DNA from: Octopus vulgaris
Lineage: Eukaryota
NCBI GenBank assembly: GCA_951406725.2
Contig: OX597820.1
Coordinates: 12,896,001 to 12,960,000, forward strand
Direction: 5' to 3'
Length of the DNA: 64,000 bases
Positions 37,297 through 50,620 of the stretch are shown here, piece by piece. The position numbers and the translations under genes were made by a program. The notes under the pieces are model-generated. The model was not told the DNA's origin. It worked only from the letters and a program-made list of their open reading frames with translations, and ran no database searches. Positions within the stretch are counted from its first letter, which is position 1, and every line of letters starts with the position of its first letter.

Positions 37297-39303
37297 AGAA
37301 ATCAAACTTGGTTGTTGTTTCTGTTGTTGCATTTGATGTTGTTGTTGCCGTTGTTGTCGTTGTCATTATTGTTGCTTTCGTTGTTGTTGCTGCTGTTGCA
37401 GCGTCATCATCGTAATTGCCTTTGTTCCAAAGCTTAGGATCAATCTTGACTAAACATAAGTATGGTGAAAGGCATCGTTGCCATTAGTTTTCTGCTTTTC
37501 CCTCAGACAATGAATATCTAAAGCTACATAATATCCCGTCATTATGAAGATATTTTGATGGAAGTTGTAAGAGATTGCATTGCCCTTAGTCCAACGACCC
37601 CGTAGAAATAGTTTCGTTGGTTGGGATGGTACTAGATATTATGAAATAAGTAGAGGTGCACATTGTGTGGCGAAGTGAGATACGGTATGCAGTTCTCTGG
37701 ATTAGATATGCTGTTCTTGTAAAGAGATGGACCGAAGTCATTTTATTTTCTATGTGCTGCTGGCGTATTAGTGACGTTGACTTTGACTAAGTTACCATAA
37801 TAATCCACTCAATGAAGGGCATTTTAAGATCACTATTTGTAGGAGAAAAAGACTTGGCACAAGGTATGTCGGAATTTCGTATATTTGACGCCTGTACACA
37901 CTCTGCTGAAAGATAAGGAAAAAGTATCTTCATATTAGTATCTATTATAACTTAAGCGACACAGGTGAGTCGGTGTATTTAAAAGTGATATCTTTCTCTG
38001 TATAGATGCGTATGTATGTGTGTATGCGCTTCTCATATGTATATGTGTATGTGCGTGATTAGAATATCGCAAGGCATAAAGGCCGCCATTTCACTGGTTT
38101 TACTACTCTACCTCTTTCTTGCTTGTTGGTCTTTTTATATTATTAATTCAAATTGTGACGACGTTGATAACACAAGCAAGCACTGGTCAAATACAGGATC
38201 AATTTAATTGGTAATAGCCACCTTCTCTCTCACTCTCGCCCTCTCCTATAAAGTTGTGGCTTCGTGCCAAAGTAAGATATTAATGTATTAAGATCAATAA
38301 AAGTATTAATCAAAATAATATCAAACAAGACGAAAATAATGTAAGGAGCTCACCATTAACAAAGAAGACAGCAACCGCAACAACGATAGTGGCATCAGTA
38401 AGAAGAATAACAGCATAGATTTGACTGAAGTACCATTCCTTAGAAAACCTATATCACAATAATAACAGTACAGCAAAAGCAGTGGAACAGAAATAACATC
38501 AAAAGCAATAAGAAGACTAACAACAAAAATTACTAAAATAACAATAATAAAAACCGATACGGATAAGAAAATCAAAAATGATTCTATTAAAAGCGAAAAA
38601 TCTCTACAACAATTATAATAATGATAACAACAACAACGGTAGTATATAGGGTACAAAATGGTAGATCTCTATGTTTGACTTCTAAATTTTGATCAATATT
38701 TTGCTTGCAGCCGATCGGTAACCATTGAAAACTCACTAAACTTTAGTGGAAGATTCCATTTAATTCTTTCTCCTATTATCCAAGTTGTATGTCTAAAAGC
38801 ATCCTTCGATTCTTTTGCTTCGTTTTTCTTGATAATTGCAAGTTCAGTTCACATCATTACTGCATTACAAATTCTATGTTGACCAATCATTTGGTAATAT
38901 CAAAAGAACCATTCTGTTTTGGTGGAAGTTCCCTTCAGGTGAGATCAATATGAGCTTCCCCTTCTATCATATTTTTTTTTCTTTCCAACGTTACCACAAC
39001 AAAACTTCGATATATGTAATGGCACCTATATCTAAATTGTACTTCAAATGATTAATAGGTAAGCAATATTCAAAATCAATATGCATTTCGAAAATCCAAA
39101 GGGGTCAAATGTTCTTTATTATTTTAACTGGAGTTATTGACGCACAAACGACGTCTTATGACAGGACAACTACATAACATTTGCATGCGATATGAGAGAA
39201 TGTTCGTGTAAAAGAGATCAAAGTGTACATGTTGTGGTTATCGAAATATTAGCCAAGCCGTTTCAACTTAATTATATCGAGGTTTTAGAAATTATTATGC
39301 ACT

Positions 39304-39667
39304 CTTTACTCTTTTACTCTTTTACTTGTTTCAGTCATTTAACTGCGGCCATGCTGGAGCACCGACTTTAGTCGAGCAAATCGACCCCGGGACTTATTCT
39401 TTGTAAGGCAAGTACTTATTCTATCGGTCTTTTTTGCCGAACCGCTAAGTGACGGGGACGTAAACACACCAGCATCGGTTGTCAAGCAATGCTAGGGGGA
39501 CAAAGACAGACATAGACACACACACATATATATATATATACATATGGTTTCCGTCTACCAAATCCACTCACAAGGCATTGGTCGGTCTATAGCAGAAGAC
39601 ACTTGCCCAAGATGCCACGCAGTGGGACTGAACCCGGAACCATGTGGCTGGTTAGCCACTCCTGCAC
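39304..39667 (-). mobile_element. SINE family A with 31-bp flanking duplication
   Basis: (GAGTAAAA)n tail; flanking repeat at 39273-39303 and 39679-39709 with one mismatch. Confidence 0.9.
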
Positions 39668-40177
39668 CTTAGAAAACATATATCGAGGTTTTAGAAATGA
39701 TTATGCACTGTTCAGTATATTTCAACATTTACCTTCATTCTTTTTCATTACTTGTGTTCAAACATCCGATAGGCCAGATGATGCTTTCTATACTCTGTTT
39801 TTGAGAAATCTGATAACATATCTAGCAATTGTCTGCAAGTGATAAGAAGTCGGAAGATGGTTCAATTTAGAATGCAGTTCCCATAAAAATACATAAAACA
39901 TATCTCGTTATAGAAAGCAGTGTTTGTATTAGCACCTTTGAAGTGATTGGTAAAATTATGTCTGGAACCCAACAGAAATCTCTCTATAAAGAATTGAGTC
40001 TGTCGAAACGAGTATTTACCAGAAGACCTCAGGAAATGAATTTCAACAATGTGAGTGGGGAATTAGTGTTACAAAGTGGAGATTTTCACATGAGGGGCAC
40101 AACTTGGAACTCAGAAATCATTTTGCTTCATGAGATCATGCTGAAAGTTATGATGAGACGGTATAACGTCTTATCAA

Positions 40178-40293
40178 GGCGGCGAGCTGGCAGAAACGTT
40201 AGCACGCCGGGCGAAATGCATAGCCGTACTTTGTCTGCCGTTACGTTCCGAGTTCAAATTCCGCCGATGTCGACTTAGCCTTTCATCCTTTCG
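40178..40293 (+). mobile_element. MetaSINE family B, 5' half
   Basis: Head through GCCTTTCATCCTTTCGG, then runs directly into a family C SINE. Confidence 0.85.
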
Positions 40294-40596
40294 GGCGCAA
40301 TTGCCCAGTGGTTAGGGCAGTGGAGTCGCGGTCGTAGGATCATCGCGGTATCGATTCCCAGACCGGGCGTTGTGAATGTTTATTGAGCGAAAACACCTAA
40401 AGCTCCACAGGTCAGGGGGTGGTGGCGATCCCTACTGTACTCTTTCGCCACAAATTTCTCTCATTCTTTCTTCTGTTGGCCTGCTCGCTTAGCCAGCGGG
40501 GTGGCGTCATTTGAAGGCTAAAACAATGCGAAGCGCATCGTGACCAGCGATGTGTAGCAACATCTGATAGCCTGGTCGGTCACGGTGATCACGGTG

Positions 40597-40597
<1 letters not shown>
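40294..40597 (+). mobile_element. SINE with family C head and an alternative 3' tail
   Basis: Head matches 841-1226; 3' half differs and ends (CACGGTGAT)2. Confidence 0.8.
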
Positions 40598-40959
<362 letters not shown>

Positions 40960-42160
40960 TAAGAGTAATGCAAGACGAGATCAGTAGAAAGTAATGTTAT
41001 TATTAAACATTATATCTTTCGCGATAGATTATGTTATTGTAATACCATAGTAAAGGAATGTACAAATGTCTCATAGTTATCCATTTCTAAACTTTGCGAT
41101 TAATTCTAATTAATTATATGTATTCACGGACACAACTCTCCTTCACTTACAATATACAAATATTATATTTTTATAAGGTAGACATTTCGCTTGTATCTCT
41201 TCATAACAGTTGACGCATTACGAATATGAAAGAATGATGGACGCTTTGAAACTTACATTAGAGCAGATATATATTTATCACCAATATGATAAAGGTATTT
41301 ATTTATATTGATGATATTCCAACAGTTAGTACCGTTATCCAGTAACAGAGTGGCGCGACATTTCTCAACATCGTATTATTGTTTCCACTGTATGTCATAT
41401 TAATTTGTATTTTGGTATTTGTATTGCAGACTTTGTTGCTTTTCTACATCGTCCGTTTTCTCATCGTTTCTTTCCAAATATGACAGCTTCTATCACATAC
41501 AGAGTATTCTCAAAAAGTTCGATCCCCTTCGATATATTACAAATAGCTGGCTTATATGTCTAGTTTGAGAAACAACTCCAGACGGATATAGTGTTCTTCA
41601 AGTATCTGATTTGACAAAATTTCACCTATTTTCCAAAGTAACACATTTTTTCTGCTCATACAGAACATAATGAATTCTTATTGATTATGTTTACAGTAGT
41701 AAAAATATTAAGCTTTTTCTGTTTTTAAAGTTTTATTCTAATTAACACATTTTCATTATAATTTTAATCATTCTAATTTACTTCTGTAATAAAATATGGC
41801 TTTGATGTCTCTCGTTCTTGACTGATCTGACTTCATTTTGTGTTTCTGTAGGCAGATATAAAATAAACATCACAGTAATTAAATTTCAATGAACTTGAGT
41901 TCAAGGGGAAAAATGTCGAGAGCAGGAGATGAATTTACTCGAAAAATATATTAATGAAATGCTGGTAATATGTACGCACGTAACCGGATCTTTCAGACGA
42001 GGGGGATTTGATATGACAGGAAATATGATATAATGAAATGGTAAATTTTTTTTTAAAAATTGAAAATTATGAACAGTCAAAATGCCGTGCAGAAAAATGT
42101 ATCGATATTTGATTACCATGCTAATCGAAATCTATTTTATTAGAATAAGCGGAAAGGATG

Positions 42161-42195
<35 letters not shown>

Positions 42196-42417
42196 TTTTT
42201 CTCTCTTTTACTTGTTTCAGTCATTTGACTGCGGCCATGCTGGAGCACCGCCTTTAGCCGAGCAAATCGACCCCGGGACTTATTCTTTGTAAGCCCAGTA
42301 CCTATTCTATCGGTCTCTTTTGCCGAAACGCTAAGTGACGGGGACGTAAACACACCAACAACGGTTGTCAAGCAATGCTAAAAGGACAAACACAGACATA
42401 CAAACACAGACATACAA

Positions 42418-42448
<31 letters not shown>

Positions 42449-42617
42449 CATATATACGACAGGCTTCTTTCAGTTTCTGTCTACCAAATCCACTCACAAG
42501 GCATTGGTCGGCCCGGGGCTATAGCAGAAGACACTCGCCCAAGATGCCACGCAGTGGGACTTAACCCGGAACCATGTGGTTGGTTAGCAAGCTACTTACC
42601 ACACAGCCACTCCTGCG

Positions 42618-42620
<3 letters not shown>
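42196..42620 (-). mobile_element. SINE family A, full length
   Basis: Complete from head (AGGCGCAGGAGTGGCTGTGTGGTAAG) to tail; lies between (TA)n tracts. Confidence 0.92.
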
Positions 42621-42672
<52 letters not shown>

Positions 42673-42902
42673 TTGCTATTATGTTAAACTGTCGTACGTT
42701 CACATTCGGCTAAATGCGTTTTGTTTTTGTTTGCAACAGCCCGTTCTTTTGGTCAAACTATCGTATCTCCAGCTGCTTCAGATGCCAAGACATCCAAAAT
42801 GTAGAACGATGGTTTTGCTATGGAATGGTAAAACTGCTTTTTTCGTTTTCTTAAAAAGCAACGTTTTGGACCTAACGCTTTTGCGTAATAGCAACGATAT
42901 CG

Positions 42903-42957
<55 letters not shown>

Positions 42958-43194
42958 TGTGTGTGTGTGTGTATGTGTGTGTGTGTGTGTATGTATGCAT
43001 ATATATATAGAGATATATATTGTGATGCAAATAAGACAATAGAACTCAAACTATATATACATGTATATATTCATTCATATTTAGCTGAAGCAACAGGGTG
43101 GTTCAAGAGTCGAGAGTGTTTCATGTAAAGACAAAGAAAGGTGTATAAACAACAAACAGGTGTATTAGTTTAACGGACGGGAGTGTGGGAAAGT

Positions 43195-43230
43195 CTTTTA
43201 CGTTTCGAACCAACGCTCTTCAACAGAAAG
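43195..43230 (-). ncRNA. Minimal hammerhead motif (A6U variant) in a PLE pLTR fragment (~43110-43270)
   Basis: Minus strand CTTT-CTGTTGA-A-GAGC(GTTG)GTTC-GAAA-CG-TA-AAAG; flanks resemble 30120-30290. Confidence 0.6.
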
Positions 43231-43308
43231 GAGCACGAGGAAATAAACAGAGAGAATAAAATTCCTTTTGAGCCAGCGGTAAATGAAATATACAGTGCTT
43301 TTATAAAA

Positions 43309-43696
43309 TCTTTATATATAAAAGAGAGGTTGTGTGCTGTCTGTCTCCTACGATTTAGATTCCTAACTACTCCCACATTTTGCGGTGCAATTTAACCAAA
43401 ACCGGATATCTTATAGTCGTGATTCATATCGAGCCCTTCTGGGTATTAGCGCGCGTCTACGATGAGTCTACGATTTTAAAAAAAATCTTTTTTTCCCATT
43501 TTTAATGTATTTTTGGCATATATAGGGGAAGTAACTCTCTAAAAATTTATTATTAAATCTCAGAACGTAAAAAGCTACAGTAACACCCCACCTTTGTGGT
43601 TAGCCATATTGAGATGGCTATTATACTTTACATCTCTAAAAATGCTTATATAGTTATTTCCCTTACAACCCCGACAACACCGGGCAATACTGCTAG
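43309..43696 (+). mobile_element. Non-autonomous Helitron, family H2
   Basis: A|TC 5' end, hairpin CCCGACAACACCGGG, CTAG|T 3' end, no TSD. Confidence 0.85.
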
Positions 43697-44096
43697 TATA
43701 ATATAAATAAATAAATATAAATACTTATTATATTATACCATGATTACTATAAAGAGAAGTTCCCAACCCCTTCACAATCCATAGATTTTACACCAGCATA
43801 TATGAAGTTATATAGATATACAAAATACAATAATATAAGATAAAATAATAAATAAAATTAAACAAAATGAATAAAATGGAAAAAGAATATTTGTATAAAA
43901 TTTCAGTAAAGGATTTATAAAATGAAAAGATAGAAAACTGATAAAAGTTTTACATTTTGAATGCCATAAAATATATACTGGATATAGAAAGATAAAAGAT
44001 AAAAACTGAGGATAAGCCATGGTATCCATAACAAAAGTTAATTAAGAAATAAATAAAATAAGATAAATGTACCGTTGGAAATGATTATATAAAATA

Positions 44097-44609
44097 CTAG
44101 CAGTATCGCCCGGCGTTGCTCGGGTTTGTAAGGGAAATAACTATATAAGCATTTTTAGAGAGTTACTTCCCTTATAGATGCCAATTCGGGCTTTCTTAGC
44201 CATTTCTATTTTGGTGTCTTCAAGCCATGAAGTCGTTGTTCTAAAAAAACGCTGGTCTCCTTGACAACGCTTTACGACGTTGATTTCCTTACACTCCCTT
44301 CCCCACAGCTTCACGAGGGAGGGAAGAAGGGGGAGAAGCAAACAGGTGCAGGTGTGACCATGGACGCCAACTCCGCCGCCATCGACACACGAAAAATTAT
44401 GCATTAAAATGGAATAAAAAATGATGTTAAATTATTTTTAAAATCGTAGACTCATCATAGACGCGCGCTAATACTCAGACGGGCTCGATATGAATCACGA
44501 CTATAAGATACCCGAATTTGGTTAAACTGCACCGCAAAATGTGGGAGTAGTTAGGAATCTAAATCGAAGGGGACAGACACTCACACAACTACAGTTTTAT
44601 ATATATAGA
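44097..44609 (-). mobile_element. Non-autonomous Helitron, family H2
   Basis: A|TC...CCCGAGCAACGCCGGG...CTAG|T on the minus strand; collinear with 43309-43696 except for reciprocal indels. Confidence 0.85.
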
Positions 44610-45594
44610 TTTGTGAGACATATAACTACAGACACAGATGTGTGTAGAAGCATAACAGTTCTCAGCGGGTATATAATATACTGAACGTAGGCGTAAGATC
44701 TGGCAATCCATTGTAAATATTCTTATTATGACTGATAGAGAGGAAAGTCTTAGAACCGAAAGGGAAACAGTGTTATCTAAGTATTGCAGATGAAACAGGT
44801 AGGGGTTATAAGAGGGCAATATTACGTATATTTCCATAGAATAAAGGGTATATTATGAAAGATATGACACCGCAGATAATTTCCGCCACCAAATCATAGT
44901 CTGATATGTATATGTGTTTCTAAAATATTTGAAGGTACGGGTGATCCTATGCACACAAGATACCCTGAAGTCTAATCTATAATTTATTCGGTTATTCATA
45001 TCTCTATACTAAAAAAGTTTCGTAAATTTCCATACAACATAGTTCGCATTCATATCGAGTATCTTTGTATGGCTGAGCTCCCCGTAATATATCCCATTTA
45101 AGGCTAAATTTACTATTGCTATCCATAGGTTCTCAGATTTTACGAGATAACGATGTACTGTTAGCTTTATTCTCAGTTTAAAAGATGAAAGATGGTTATT
45201 TAGGCGCTTCTTCATATTTTTATGGAGCACCCAATGCAAATAAAGTTATTAGGTTTCAGTAATTTGTAAACAACATTTTGGGCTAAACAACGACCTAATG
45301 ACGGGCATTGGTATCTAACGCTACAATTGCAGCTGTAATATGATTATTGTTGTTTTTGTTGTTGTTGTTGTGGTGGTTGCTGTTGTTATTGTTGTTGTTA
45401 TTAATAATAATAGTATTACTTCTATCATTTATAAGCAGTAATTGTTACATTGTCAATTATATAATCAACCTAGAACGCTGAATCTTGAGACGGATATAGT
45501 AATTTACCCAACGTCAATTGGTAGGCAGGGCCAAAATGAATTTTCAGATATACAAACTGCAACTTATTCAAATTGCACCGGTCTCCCCTTTCCA

Positions 45595-45803
45595 CGCCAC
45601 CAGTGTTATCCAAGGGAAAGGCAACGGCCGATACAGCTTGGCACCTGTGACGTCGCAACTCATTTCTACAGCTGAGTGGACTGGAGTAACGTGAAATAAA
45701 GTGTCTTGCTCAAGAATACAACACGCAACCCGGTCCGGGTTTCAAACTCACAACCTCACGATCGTAAGCTCGACGCTCTAACCACTGGGCTATTCACCTT
45801 CAC
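45595..45803 (-). mobile_element. tRNA-derived SINE related to family C, with CORE-like domain
   Basis: GCCCAGTGGTTAGAGCGTCGAGCT head; CACGTTACTCCAGTCCACTCAGCTGTAGAAATGAG resembles the CORE domain. Confidence 0.65.
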
Positions 45804-45942
45804 ATGTATATATATATATATGTGTGTATGTGTGTGTGTGCGTGCGCTTTTCTTCTTCCGGTCTTTCAAAATATGACCTCGTATGTACCGTTGGCGATTT
45901 TTTCCCTCTGTCTTCCCTTCTCTGGATCTTTCCTTCTCCTAT

Positions 45943-45977
45943 GTTTCCGACGAAGAGCTCCGCTCGAAACGTTAAAC
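45943..45977 (+). ncRNA. Minimal hammerhead motif (U4C variant) in a PLE pLTR fragment (~45850-46078)
   Basis: GTTT-CCGACGA-A-GAGC(TCC)GCTC-GAAA-CG-TT-AAAC; downstream CCTGAGCG..AATAC shared with the 30.2-kb pLTR; ends in (TA)n. Confidence 0.6.
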
Positions 45978-46073
45978 CCTCCTTCTTCCCTTCTTTCCTG
46001 AGCGTCCAATAATACTATATTTGTTCCACGTCCTCCCGTTGTTGGGTTTTTTTGTGTTTTCTTGTTTGGATTA

Positions 46074-46118
<45 letters not shown>

Positions 46119-46699
46119 GCACACACACACACACGTATATACTTTATTTGGATAAGTGAACTTTAATAGACTGCGAAAAATGATACCCAGTCCAATCTCC
46201 AAATTCAATAATCTATGATACTCTGGTTATTTATAGGCAGTGAAGTATGCAATATTTTTGTAATTCAGTGAATAGGATCCTGGCCTTCCCGAGAACTAAC
46301 AACCAACCCGTTTGTTAATAGCTCTATTCTGATAAAATGTAAGTATTCTAATGCTTATTAACGGTTAGGGAGAATTAAAGAATAATATTCTATGCAATAA
46401 ATATGCAGTCCGTCGCACTCTGCAGAATATATTTCAGAGAGTGGAACAAATAATACTTAAAGACAAAGTCATGATTAGATACATTGGGAGTATTATATGG
46501 CTAAAATAGGTCTCCTGGTTTCGAAAACTCTTTTAAGGGAACATGAAATAGGATTTATAAAGACTGTATTTTCGTATAGATCTATAAGTCGTCCTTCGTA
46601 GGTGGAATAATTATCTCATAAACTTGAAACCGTCTTTACACCTGGAATATCACCGCAGATAATACGATAAGGAGTAACTAAATATGTATATGTTTCTTT

Positions 46700-46946
46700 T
46701 ATCTTTTACTTGATTGAGTCATTGGATTGTGGCAATGCTTGGCCACAGCCTTCAAGGATTTAGTTGAAGAAATCGTCCGCGATGTTCTTTTAAAACAGAC
46801 TGCTGTTTTCAACTAATATCTCTTGCCGAACCGCAATGTTACGAAAAGGAAAAGAAGTAACAACCTACTGTCAAGCAGTCGGAGGAGCAACCGCACAGAC
46901 ACACAGACGTACACATATAAACACATACACATATACTCACCGCATG

Positions 46947-46983
<37 letters not shown>

Positions 46984-47350
46984 CGTAGAACCTTCTAACG
47001 CTAGACACGAATATTTAAGTGTTATCTCGGCCTAATACGATTATCAACGAATAAACACAACCAATATCAATGTAACTATTCTCCACAAACCGTGAATCCA
47101 CAAAAACTCCCCACTTCACATAACGAAGGACAATTCAGAATAATGAGACTCAAAGATTAAAAATCCACAAACAAGCATAACAAATATGTATTCCCTTCAT
47201 AAGCTGCTTAATATACGACAGGCTTCCACAGTTTCCGTGTACGAAATCTGCTCACAAGGTATTGGACAGCGAGTGGCTATACAAGACACTTGACTGAACC
47301 TGAAACCCTATGGTTGGAAACCGAGCTTTTTGACCACACAGACATACGTG
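46700..47350 (-). mobile_element. Degenerate SINE family A interrupted at its internal microsatellite
   Basis: Tail block ~46700-46940 and head block ~47212-47350 with unrelated sequence between. Confidence 0.55.
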
Positions 47351-47788
47351 TCTAGCATTAAATGATGGCTAAACTATGTGCGCTGGCGATTCAATTTTAA
47401 GAAAGCTTAAAGATAATCACCACTTCTTGGCGTCGCACTGACGCAAAGATATATAGCAATTATGATCTCCAGAATGTGAAACAGTTATTTAAATATGTAT
47501 TATTCTGTACGGTACTATTCTATAACACCTCAAATATACCGTATGTCAAATGTCAATGTTTGTTACATAGCTTCCATAAGTAGATTTTAAATTATACAGA
47601 AAGTTATGAAAGTTCTAAATATGAGTGAAATAAGTGGAGGAAGGTAACTATTCTTAATTTTCTTTCTTTCTTTCTTCATTTGACTTCTAACTTTATCTCT
47701 CTTTGTCTTTGGTAAATCTCACTTTGTCTTCTAATTACTGATATTCATTCGTAGTCTTTCAATTGGTTTTCCTCTTTGTTCTTATATA

Positions 47789-48160
47789 CAGGGGTTGAAC
47801 AAAATAATGGAAACACCTTAAAATTTCAAACAAATTTATTTTAATATGGGGTAGAACTGCCTTTAGCAGTAATTACAGCTTGAATTCTACGAGGTATGGA
47901 TTTGTACAAAGTTTGAATTGTTTCCAAATGGATTTTTGTCCATTCTTCAGCTAAAACAGTCTCCAGCTCTTGTAGTGATGATAGTGGGGGATATCGACAC
48001 CTTACTTGTTTTTCTAAAGTGCACCACAAATGTTCAATAATATTGAGATATGGGGAGTGTGGTGCCAGATAAGATGTTCAACTTTACTAAAATGTTCTTC
48101 GTGCAATTCAGTAACAATTTAGCTGTGTGAATTGGTGCATTATCATTTTGCGTTTCTCAG
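47789..48160 (-). mobile_element. Tc1-like transposon 3' relic
   Basis: TA|CAGGGGTTGAACAAAATAATGGAAACACC TIR; LWCTLEKQV...LQELETVLAEEWTKI...SIPRRIQAVITAKGSSTPY*. Confidence 0.85.
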
Positions 48161-48356
48161 CAGGAAACCAAAACTTTCAGATAGAAACAGTCAGTGCTAT
48201 ATTATATTCTGAGTACATTTTAAATAATACTCGTCCATGGTTTGAGGTATATATGTGTGCTATTTTCAGTAGTTGAAGTGCATGTGTAGACGGCTCATGA
48301 TTGGCTGTATTCGATATTTGTATTATAAGTCTCAGTAAGTTAGCGAAAGGAATATA

Positions 48357-48573
48357 CGAGGGCGTGCTGGAAAGTTCTTAACTTTTGATAAAAGAAGACA
48401 CAACCCGATCCGTCAATTATGATTCTATTCAACATATTGCCCCCTCGTATTCACACACTTATTGCAACACTCCTTCAATTTTTCTGGGCCCTGTAAAAGA
48501 ACAAGAAAGGTTGGGCCTCCAACCAGGCCTTTTGCGATACCCTTCAAGCTAGGAACTTTTCAGTACCCCCTTG
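48357..48573. mobile_element. mariner-derived MITE
   Basis: TA|CGAGGGCGTGCTGGAAAGTTCT...GGAACTTTTCAGTACCCCCTTG|TA: imperfect TIRs with TA TSD. Confidence 0.75.
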
Positions 48574-49009
48574 TATTGTGTTGCAATGTACTAGACCCTT
48601 TGTATCTTTTATATAACTAAAATGGAATAATAGTGAAATTTCTACATGTTTTGAACTGGTATGTTGTAAAGTCATGTGTACGTTTTGTCAAGAAAGCCAA
48701 TGCTTAAATATCTAATGAGGATATAGATTGCTTGATTGAGTATTGGGGATAAACACATCAAATTAGAGCAAAATGTAACAGTTTTTTTTTCCTAATTGCT
48801 GTTCACTAGAACTGTTTCCATGGATTTGAAGCATAGTTAATTTATGACCCAATCAGAAGATATAATTAGTTTGACTGCCAGACATGGTAAATGAACGAAT
48901 GTATACACACACACACACACACACACATGTAAATAGGATTATGTTGCAGCTGTAGAAAACCACACGAGACACGATAAAGAAAGTGAGATAAAAATATTGA
49001 TTTTAAAAT

Positions 49010-49626
49010 TTTCGCACGAGGACAGAAATTTCGGGGGAGGGGTTGAGTTGATACAGCAACTCCAGTGCTCTCGTGCTACTTATTTTTATCGACACCGAAA
49101 GAATGAAAGTCAAAGTCGACCCCGGAGGAATCTGAACTTAGAATGTACAGACGGACGAAATACCTATTTCTTTACTACCCACAAGGGGCTGAACAAAGAG
49201 GGGACAAACAAGGACAGACGAACGGATTAAGTCGATTACATCGACTCCAGTGCGTAACTGGTACTTAATTTATCGACCCCGAAAGGATGAAAGGCAAAGT
49301 CAACCTCGGCGGAATTTAAACTCAGAACGTAGCGGCAGACGAAATACCGCTAAGCATTTCGCTCGGCGTGCTAACGTTTCTGCCAGCTTGCCGCATTAAA
49401 CTAGATAAAAATATTGGTTTCAAACTTTGGCACAAGGCCAGCAAATTTAGGGGAGGAGTAAGTAGATTACATAAACCCCAGTGTTCAACTGGTACTTACT
49501 TTATCGACCCTGAAAGGAGAAAAAGCAAAGTCGACTTCAGCAGATTTTGAACTCAGAACGGATTGATGGACGAAATGCCCCTAAGCATTTCGCGCACGTG
49601 CTAACGATTCTGCCAGCTCGCCGCCT
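49010..49626 (-). mobile_element. Three tandem or nested MetaSINE family B copies
   Basis: ~49010-49163 (short tail, no head), 49164-49395 (long tail, full), ~49420-49626 (short tail). Confidence 0.85.
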
Positions 49627-49629
49627 TTC

Positions 49630-49888
49630 CTTAAACGGTACTCTGTCGGTTACTACAAAGAGGGTTCCTGTTTATCAGATCAACGGAAGAGCCAGCTCGT
49701 GAAAATAACGTGCAAGCAGCTGATAACTACACAGTGACGCGTGTTTTTAACGCAGTTCAAAGGGCGATTCTGCGCGACTCATAATTTGACATGAGTGGCC
49801 CTTTTAATTAAGAATACAACTAATTTTTGCCAGCTGAGTGGAGTTGAGCAACGTGAAGTAAGGTGTCTTGCTTAAAGAGACAACGCAC
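49630..49888 (-). mobile_element. Degenerate family C-related SINE, 3' part
   Basis: Resembles 845-1030 (ACTCTGTCGGTTAC...CAACGGAA...CTCGTGAAA) plus a CORE-like CAGCTGAGTGGA block. Confidence 0.65.
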
Positions 49889-50227
49889 CAGGGATTCTCA
49901 ACTATATTTTATCTATCGACCCCTTTGCTCACTATTTTATTCTGGTTGACCTCCATAGCTATTCGATATTTAAAAAATTAGTTTTATAGAAACTTCTTTC
50001 AAAATTCCTTATTTTGTTTTTCATATGTTCATTTGCGTGCGTTGAACTATGTAAAATGTTAGAGAAAGAAACTTAGCTGTTTCTTGCAAAATACACCAGT
50101 AAATACATCTGAAACAAATTGTTTTCAGGGGCCCTTGAAATACTATTGTGGCACCCAATTTAATATTTTTTGCGTGGACCACCAAAAATTTTATATAGAC
50201 CTTCAGGATCCCAGCTGAGAACCACTG
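49889..50227. mobile_element. Putative hAT MITE
   Basis: Imperfect TIRs CAGGGATTCTCAAC and GCTGAGAACCACTG; no clear 8-bp TSD. Confidence 0.5.
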
Positions 50228-50620
50228 CACTGACAAGTAAGCCAAGTGCCTTCACACGCTAGGTAAAAATAGCAATAAATATTTCACCCATGCTTTATAG
50301 AATTGTGATGTCTTGTCTCGTAACGATGAACCAGTCACTTCCTTAATACCATGTAAAGTTAGGAAATTCGTGATACTGCATTTTATCTACCATCCTCATT
50401 TGGACTTCATCACAATTATTGCAACGTATCTGTTTATTCTTCTCTTTAAGGGAAACCAGCTCGATGTCCACTTAGTGGTAACCCCTCTTATATGTAAGTA
50501 ATATAATTTTTATGAATCTTCAGATTTTTCTATATGCTATACCATTGGTTTTAAATTGATATTAATCAATTTAATATTCAATTTTTCACACTTATTATTT
50601 TAAATTTAAATTTAAATATA

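Noticed and set aside
41852-42040. Exon-like segment (TTTCTGTAG acceptor to ATG|GTAAAT donor)
   Set aside because: Stops in all three frames; a non-coding exon cannot be excluded without RNA data.
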